From a virus (taxonomy: Duplodnaviria > Caudoviricetes), in the IMG/VR virus record IMGVR_UViG_3300028571_002036, positions 1 through 64,000 of that record: a stretch of 64,000 nt of DNA. One strand, 5' to 3'. Under the pieces are notes generated by a model. That model saw nothing but the letters and a program-made list of their open reading frames with translations, was not told where the DNA came from and did not search any database. Below, one piece after another: positions 58,689 to 64,000 of the stretch; within the stretch, counting starts at the first letter, position 1; each line of letters opens with the position of its first letter. A program made the translations under genes and the position numbers.

Positions 58689-58696
58689 GTAAAAAA

Positions 58697-58801
58697 CGTC
58701 GGGGTAGGAATCCCACCTACAAGCGAGAACAACCCTTTAAAAGGGTCTTGATGTTCTCCATTCAAAATTGAATGTGCCTTTGTCAATTCAGCCACCCGAC
58801 T
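58697..58801 (-). ncRNA. tRNA-like RNA without a canonical anticodon loop and with an enlarged variable arm
   Basis: GTCGGG/CCCGAC acceptor, TGGCTGAA...AGGC D arm, CATTCAA-TT-TTGAATG hairpin, 34-nt GAGAAC/GTTCTC arm, GTAGG-TGGGATT-CCTAC T arm. Confidence 0.6.
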
Positions 58802-58810
58802 AACCTATTT

Positions 58811-59353
58811 TTAATTTTTACCCACGACTTCAGCAACAACAAATCGTTCACCCGATAACACAGGTGTCACTTCATGAAATAGACTTCCATCAAAAAGAAT
58901 CGCCATTCCTTTTTCTTTAGGTACAACTTTATTATTAACAATTAATTCGCCACCCTCAAAGTCATCATTTAACATCAATATCACAAGCCATCTTGTATCG
59001 GATGAGGGAATGAAATCAATGTGTCTAGTATGTTTACCACCTAAAGGATAATGAGTAAAATAATGTGGGAATTCCAAAATAAAATTTGTAAGAATACATC
59101 CAAAACATTTTAAAAAAATATCCGATAGAAAAGGTAAATCATTTTTTTGTATCCCAACAATATCAACAACTCTATTTGGAGCATTTATTCTTGTAATAGA
59201 TTTTGAAGTAGTGTCCCACACATTTTTATCAATATCAATAAAAGAATTAAAACTATTCCAAAAGTTTATAACACTTTTAATTTCGTCATTAGAAATCACA
59301 TTTCGGATTATTTTAAAATCACCATAGTCTTCTATATTTTTACAAATATCCAT
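58811..59353 (-). CDS. 2OG-Fe(II) oxygenase (P4H-like)
   Basis: 'HID', 'LNDDFEGGEL', 'HEVTPV.SGER'. Confidence 0.88.
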   Translation of the reverse strand: MDICKNIEDYGDFKIIRNVISNDEIKSVINFWNSFNSFIDIDKNVWDTTSKSITRINAPNRVVDIVGIQKNDLPFLSDIFLKCFGCILTNFILEFPHYFTHYPLGGKHTRHIDFIPSSDTRWLVILMLNDDFEGGELIVNNKVVPKEKGMAILFDGSLFHEVTPVLSGERFVVAEVVGKN

Positions 59354-59383
59354 TTGAAATTGTTTTGTAGAATAATAAATTAA

Positions 59384-59545
59384 TTATTTTTTTTCTTCAA
59401 TTTGAGACTCCATCAATTCAATTGCCCTTTTTAAGTGATTAACATAAAAAGGTATGTCAAATTTGTCTTCCTTTCCATATGATTTAACTGAATCTTGAAC
59501 ATATTTCAGTTCCCAAAGTATTTCATTTACGGTTTCTTTTGTCAT
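59384..59545 (-). CDS. Small hypothetical protein (53 aa)
   Basis: MTKETVNEILWELKYVQD...; lies between tRNA-Phe-like and the oxygenase gene. Confidence 0.5.
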   Translation of the reverse strand: MTKETVNEILWELKYVQDSVKSYGKEDKFDIPFYVNHLKRAIELMESQIEEKK

Positions 59546-59561
59546 AATTTAATAATTTAAG

Positions 59562-59659
59562 TGGTGTGAGCGGGATTCGAACCACGCGGCACGGTCTTTT
59601 TCACGGACTTGCTCTACCATGGGAGTATCATATGAGTACTCCACCTGAGCTATCACACC
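59562..59659 (-). tRNA. tRNA-Phe(GAA)-like with hairpin insertion in the D-loop
   Basis: GGTGTGA/TCACACC with A73; loop GTGAAAA; D-loop carries GGAGTA-CTCATATGA-TACTCC. Confidence 0.6.
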
Positions 59660-59666
59660 ATTTTTG

Positions 59667-59747
59667 TACCGGAAGAGGGACTCGAACCCCCACGCTAAAA
59701 AGCAGATGCTCCTAAGGCATCCGTGTCTACCATTCCACCACACCGGC
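59667..59747 (-). tRNA. tRNA-Leu(UAG)
   Basis: GTGGAATGGTAGACAC D arm, GATGC-CTTAGGA-GCATC, variable arm, A73. Confidence 0.9.
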
Positions 59748-59752
59748 ACTTA

Positions 59753-59900
59753 GTTGGTAGTAGTTGACTTTATCAGGAATCCCGCCTAACCCCCAAAAGA
59801 GGTTCAGCTTCACACACCATTAGAGAGAGGGTATATTCTTAGTGTGTACCCTTGCGATATGCTCTCTCATACTGTCAACTCACGCATTGTTACTACCAAC
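59753..59900 (-). ncRNA. Unknown multi-stem structured RNA (~148 nt)
   Basis: Closing stems GTTGGTAGT/ACTACCAAC and GTTGAC/GTCAAC, internal stems, own TATATTTG promoter (59949-59956) and boxA-like element (59918-59929). Confidence 0.6.
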
Positions 59901-59983
59901 CGTTATTTGTTTTTAACATTTCAAAGACCTTATGTCTTAACAACACCACAAATATATGTCGACATTTTTATAAAACCAAATGT

Positions 59984-60472
59984 CTAAAAAACTTTTTCCG
60001 AATTTTGTTCAACCCAAGACAAACTTATAGAAACATGTTTAGAAGATTTCTTCTTAGACAACTCTATTTTGGTTTTAACAATTTCCAAAACCTTGTCAGT
60101 TGTACATTTCCAAATATTCTTACAAGTTAGACCATCTTTTTTATCAAACAAGGCAAAAAAGAAAGCATCGTTTCTTTCGACTCTATGAAGGTTGTCTTCG
60201 TGGATTCTGTCAAGTTGAAAGGTCCCCCCCTCTTTACAAGATAGGTATTCGTACTTTTCTTTACCGTCTTTAGAATATGCATCAGCACCATGTTTTGTCT
60301 TATGACATTTATGGTCGAGAATTTCAGACACCATCCATTCTTTAATAAATCCTGGTGTTAACAGGTCTTGTTCGAACCCATTTTCTTTTTTATACAGGTT
60401 TAAAGTTCCCACTAGTAGAAGGAGGGGGTTTTCCTGTTGTCTTATTAAATTTATCAATTCTTCTTGGGTCAT
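59984..60472 (-). CDS. PD-(D/E)xK nuclease-like protein (PvuII-like motif)
   Basis: 'GADA.SKDGKEKYEYLS' resembles G-x-D-A...Y-E-x-K-S, but with Leu at the Lys position. Confidence 0.5.
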   Translation of the reverse strand: MTQEELINLIRQQENPLLLLVGTLNLYKKENGFEQDLLTPGFIKEWMVSEILDHKCHKTKHGADAYSKDGKEKYEYLSCKEGGTFQLDRIHEDNLHRVERNDAFFFALFDKKDGLTCKNIWKCTTDKVLEIVKTKIELSKKKSSKHVSISLSWVEQNSEKVF

Positions 60473-60484
60473 AAGGGTATATGT

Positions 60485-60561
60485 TGGTGGGCCTGGCAGG
60501 AATCGAACCCGCGACCTCGAAATTATGAGTTTCTCGCTCTAACCGTCTGAGCTACAGGCCC
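60485..60561 (-). tRNA. tRNA with CAU anticodon (probably Ile2)
   Basis: GGGCCTG/CAGGCCC-A-CCA, loop CTCATAA; no initiator features. Confidence 0.85.
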
Positions 60562-60722
60562 TGATGTTTTGTCAATTATAGAAAATCAATTTCATATTGT
60601 CAAATCGTTTACCTTGAAAGAGTTGAATTTCCGACATTTTTTATCTGAGTTAAAAGTGTTTAGTAAACTTTTTTTTGTTACAATAAACCTCATTAGTTTA
60701 TTGAGCAATTTTTAGTTTATTG

Positions 60723-60794
60723 TGACCCCGAGGCGATTCGAACGCCCGACTAGTATGTTAAGACACACTGCTCTACCATCTGAGCTACGGGGTC
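60723..60794 (-). tRNA. tRNA-Lys(CUU)-like with a 6-nt anticodon loop
   Basis: GACCCCG/CGGGGTC with A73, perfect D and T arms, GTGTG-TCTTAA-CATAC. Confidence 0.6.
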
Positions 60795-60871
60795 AGATTA
60801 TTCGGTTAAAACTTAGTTGTTTACGCATCAAAATCTTAAAAAATGAACGATAAAACAAACCAAAATGACCG

Positions 60872-61114
60872 AAAAATTTAACAAAGTATAACCAAGATTC
60901 TGTATTTAATCTATCATTAGTCTATTTGCCCCCACCTTACCCGACCAGCTCACCGTCGTGGGTTGTTTTGGGTTGCATCCTCGGTGGTAATGACGATATA
61001 AGGATGTGGACTTATAACTGACCATTATAAGTTTGTTCCCTTATATCTCCCACCTTAAGCGTGTGATGTCCTGAGTTTCCTCTCCTAAGAGCGACAGAAC
61101 TTTGTTAAATTTTT
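60872..61114 (-). ncRNA. rnpB: Minimal RNase P RNA
   Basis: GAGGAAACTCAGGA...ACAGAATCTTGGTTATA (P4 with bulged U); P1, P2 TCTGTCG/TGATAGA, P3, P5 CATC/GATG, P6 GCTTA/TGAGC, P7 GGTGG/CCACC, P15-17 with GGU; AGACTAATGA (CR IV). Confidence 0.88.
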
Positions 61115-61184
61115 TTTTTCAGGTTTAGGTTCAGGTTCTTCGGGTTTCGGTGGAACATTCCACATTTCATCCCAAAAGGTATAT

Positions 61185-61775
61185 TCACTCATTGTTGTCA
61201 GGTTTAGAAAATGTTTCTTCGGCTTTACCGCCAAATTTACTGTTGTTAAACAAATCATCATAGTCTTTGAATCCCCTTGTACGGGCATAATCATCGTTTT
61301 TCTTTCTACGATACTCCTTGATTTTTTCAGGGTCGCTCATCTCATCAGGGGTTTCAAAACCAAGTGATTTGGCACACTCGTTTTCACACCACTTATGAGA
61401 ACCGATTTCAATGTGAATTGGTAAATCGGTCTGTAGTGAATCAATGAACTCTTCGAATTGGTTTGCGGCAATGAACGGCATCGTGTAGATACCCTCATCA
61501 ACAGCATATCCTGATTCGTCCTGACTGTCAAAGATTTCAACCCTTCCCATACGGTATTTTTCACCCATCAAAGAGAATACTCCATAACCAACGGTTGAAT
61601 AATAAAACCTACCAGGGTCACTAACACCATGAATATCAATACACCCTGGATTTTTTTCTATCCAAGTTCCAAGATGATTGGCAATGTCCGTATTGGTGAG
61701 TTTAATATTATCCTTCTCAGCATCGTGACGGATATTTGTTAAAAACCAAGCAAGTTTCTTTCTATCTATTTTCAT
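61185..61775 (-). CDS. Hypothetical protein
   Basis: 196-aa ORF with TATATTTG at 61781-61788. Confidence 0.65.
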   Translation of the reverse strand: MKIDRKKLAWFLTNIRHDAEKDNIKLTNTDIANHLGTWIEKNPGCIDIHGVSDPGRFYYSTVGYGVFSLMGEKYRMGRVEIFDSQDESGYAVDEGIYTMPFIAANQFEEFIDSLQTDLPIHIEIGSHKWCENECAKSLGFETPDEMSDPEKIKEYRRKKNDDYARTRGFKDYDDLFNNSKFGGKAEETFSKPDNNE

Positions 61776-61795
61776 AATTGCAAATATAGTAATTT

Positions 61796-62734
61796 TTAAT
61801 AGGGTTTAGGTAGCTGGTCTTTGAAATAGGTGAATATTTTACCAACCTTTTCCCAACTACCAATTTCCCTGAGGTATTCTTCACCCCTTAGTGTTACCGT
61901 CTCATAAGCGTTCACATAAAAAAAATGAGAAGGATTTTCGATGAAATTCTTAGCACCCCACAAATGATAGATATATTTCCCCAAAGGAGAATCCACAGGT
62001 AAATCGAAATCTCCGTTATCGTAATAATGTCCAAAGGAATGAACAGTGTCAGACAAAGACCTTGATTTGAAATTACCATCGATTTCTTTATGGTATTTTA
62101 AAACCATCGACGATAACAAATACTGCTCAGCAAAAGTCTGCATCGCAGTCTTGTCAACATAATCATCATCCTTGTAATCAAATTCACCTGAGTTATCCAA
62201 CACAAAATCAAAATATGACTTAATATAAAAATCCTTAAACTCTTGATGATTGAAATATAAAACCGATACATTAATCGGAAGTGACTGCTTGAAGTATTTC
62301 TTGTCTTTACCCCATTTCCAAGAAGGAGAAACACTTACCTCTGAGGGTCTTAAATAACCCGATTGTAACTCCCTGTGAAGATATACCATTTGATTGTCAT
62401 TGAACTTACTAATGGGTGTGTTTAAAATCAAATCGGTATCAATAACCAAAAAAGGTGTTTTTACCTTAGACATAACCCATAGTTTTGGCGTCGCCCAAAA
62501 AGCATCACTAACCCTTTCATATGGATAATCATCAAAAAAATCAGTAACCACCTCATCGTAGAAATCTAACATCCCCAATTTTTCGTAAAAACCTAAAGAC
62601 TTCTTATCCGTGGCAAAGACAAACGGAACATCAGGGTTCACATATTTGTGATTGCACACGGAGATAAGTTGAACCAAAAGTTCCAAATAAGAGGGGGGGT
62701 CATTATGAATGATATATGTGTGATACACTTTCAT
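61796..62734 (-). CDS. DUF6734-like putative glycosyltransferase
   Basis: 'FWATPKL.V.....PFLVIDTDLI' (DxD), 'EQYLL', 'HLWG'. Confidence 0.65.
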   Translation of the reverse strand: MKVYHTYIIHNDPPSYLELLVQLISVCNHKYVNPDVPFVFATDKKSLGFYEKLGMLDFYDEVVTDFFDDYPYERVSDAFWATPKLWVMSKVKTPFLVIDTDLILNTPISKFNDNQMVYLHRELQSGYLRPSEVSVSPSWKWGKDKKYFKQSLPINVSVLYFNHQEFKDFYIKSYFDFVLDNSGEFDYKDDDYVDKTAMQTFAEQYLLSSMVLKYHKEIDGNFKSRSLSDTVHSFGHYYDNGDFDLPVDSPLGKYIYHLWGAKNFIENPSHFFYVNAYETVTLRGEEYLREIGSWEKVGKIFTYFKDQLPKPY

Positions 62735-62789
62735 GATAAAGGTATTTGTAGCGTCGAGTGGATTTAAAACATTGAGCTACTACGCCATA

Positions 62790-63281
62790 CTATGAGAATT
62801 CAGTTGATGTAGAAACCCGAAGACCATCAAGATATTCCTCGTGTTTTTTATTGTGAATAAAACTAATACGGTGCGAAGGATTTTCCTTGTAATATGTTTC
62901 AATATCCCATCCATCCTCTTGACCCCACTGAAGAGCCATTTGAATGAATTCTTCTTGACCCATAAGTTCTCCGTATTCATCAACCACACGACCATTTCGG
63001 ATAAACTCAAAGAGTTCTTCTTTGGTCTTATAGTGTTTTGAATCATTCCAATTCCACAGGAACTTCCAACCCGAACTTCGTTTACCCAAATGAATATTGG
63101 TTTCATCCAAGAATTCTTCCCAAGGTGACATGTAATCCCACTCACCAACTGATATTGAACGAAATCCTCGTTCGATTTGAGACGGATTGATTGAATCCAT
63201 CTCATTGATACGCCGTCTCAGTTTTTGCTCCCGCTTTATCATTTCATCACCTTTCGGTACTCTGTAATAGTTAGTTCCCAT
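62790..63281 (-). CDS. Conserved phage hypothetical protein
   Basis: 'MGTNYY', 'IHLGKRSSGWKFLW', 'VDEYGE', C-terminal 'EFS'. Confidence 0.7.
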   Translation of the reverse strand: MGTNYYRVPKGDEMIKREQKLRRRINEMDSINPSQIERGFRSISVGEWDYMSPWEEFLDETNIHLGKRSSGWKFLWNWNDSKHYKTKEELFEFIRNGRVVDEYGELMGQEEFIQMALQWGQEDGWDIETYYKENPSHRISFIHNKKHEEYLDGLRVSTSTEFS

Positions 63282-63309
63282 AGTTTATTTTTTTTTCAAA
63301 GTTAACAAA

Positions 63310-63954
63310 TTATTCTTCTTCGTCGGCATCCCAATCATCGTCACTGTCAAGGTCGTCCATTGTAAAGAGTTCCACAGTCAAACTTTTACCCCGAAAGAAT
63401 TCTTCATCGAAACTTCGCTCGAGTTCAGTCCCCTTAAAAAATACTTTCGAAACAAGTTCTTCTTCGTATTGGGGTGTTTCCATAGATTGGACGGTCACCG
63501 CAAAATCTGTTGGTTTTGGTTCTTCTTCAGACTCGATTTCAAGATTCAACATTGTTCCTTTAACTGTCTCATAAACCAAAAGAATGTTTTCTTTACCTTC
63601 ATGAGGATATGCATCGATTTCTTTAGTGTGGTCATCGGCGTTTTCAGGATATTCAAAATTTTCCATTGTTCGGTCCAAATCTTCAAATTTAACGTCCCAA
63701 ATCACCTCGTCCTTTTCGTTTACCAAAACAAAATGGCAACTGTCATTAGCCAGAGTAGTTGTGGTAACCCAATAGTTGGTCATGTAGTGGTCGTAATCCT
63801 CCAAGATTTCAGGGAGGTCCATATACATTTCATCCAAAGTTTTATGTCCTTCTTTTTCTTTGAAAGACAGAATTGCTTGGACTTCTTCGTCAGTTAAGGT
63901 GTGGGCGGAACCATCAAGTCCGTATCCGTTCACCAATAATTTATATTTTGCCAT
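63310..63954 (-). CDS. Hypothetical acidic protein
   Basis: 214-aa ORF with TATCTTTG at 63978-63985. Confidence 0.65.
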   Translation of the reverse strand: MAKYKLLVNGYGLDGSAHTLTDEEVQAILSFKEKEGHKTLDEMYMDLPEILEDYDHYMTNYWVTTTTLANDSCHFVLVNEKDEVIWDVKFEDLDRTMENFEYPENADDHTKEIDAYPHEGKENILLVYETVKGTMLNLEIESEEEPKPTDFAVTVQSMETPQYEEELVSKVFFKGTELERSFDEEFFRGKSLTVELFTMDDLDSDDDWDADEEE

Positions 63955-64000
63955 AATTTAAAATTTTATCTTTACCACAAAGATATTAAAAATTTTTTTA

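Noticed and set aside
58571-59749. ORFs 58571-58795 and 59549-59749 (minus strand)
   Set aside because: They overlap tRNA-His, the tRNA-like RNA and tRNA-Leu/Phe; these are chance open frames across structured RNA.
59852-60130. Plus-strand 92-aa ORF
   Set aside because: It is antisense to the nuclease-like gene, the promoter and the ncRNA, and shows no protein-like features.
60750-60770. Ochre suppressor (UUA anticodon) reading of the 60723-60794 tRNA
   Set aside because: It would need C at position 33 in a 6-nt loop; U33-CUU with a Lys-like body fits better.
61085-61294. ORF overlapping the 5' end of the RNase P RNA
   Set aside because: Mostly a shadow of 61185-61775. A 35-aa peptide (MSEYTFWD...) is possible but unsupported, and it does not explain the extensive base-pairing of the region.
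1-64000. Stop-codon reassignment (code 15 or code 4), as seen in some huge phages
   Set aside because: Conserved genes are full-length in code 11, coding density is high, TAA, TGA and TAG all end genes, and no CUA or UCA suppressor tRNA was found.
1-64000. CRISPR array or diversity-generating retroelement
   Set aside because: No regularly spaced direct repeats, no cas or reverse transcriptase genes, and no TR/VR pair were noticed by eye.

Overview
64-kb segment of a large, AT-rich T4-like (jumbo/huge) phage genome in the standard genetic code. The host is probably a Bacteroidota bacterium, based on repeated TAnnTTTG promoters, a bS21 gene inside the head module and a DUF4494-like gene. From left to right: a ~20-kb surface-glycan biosynthesis cluster that includes NadE and PhoH; a gp55-like sigma factor; baseplate-like genes; a reverse-strand head module (major capsid, scaffold, prohead protease, intein-containing portal, terminase); a divergent UVR-protein/N-domain-less ClpC pair; and a ~10-kb region rich in stable RNAs. 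The RNA region holds the most striking features. (1) A ~230-nt minimal RNase P RNA (60872-61114, minus strand) with compensated P4, no P18/P19 and the specificity domain reduced to one hairpin. (2) A tmRNA interrupted in its T-loop by a 194-nt group I intron and encoding a 21-aa tag. (3) Canonical tRNAs mixed with aberrant tRNAs, a tRNA-like RNA and unexplained structured RNAs, with boxA-like elements upstream. All calls come from manual motif reading and base-pairing; no database searches were run.
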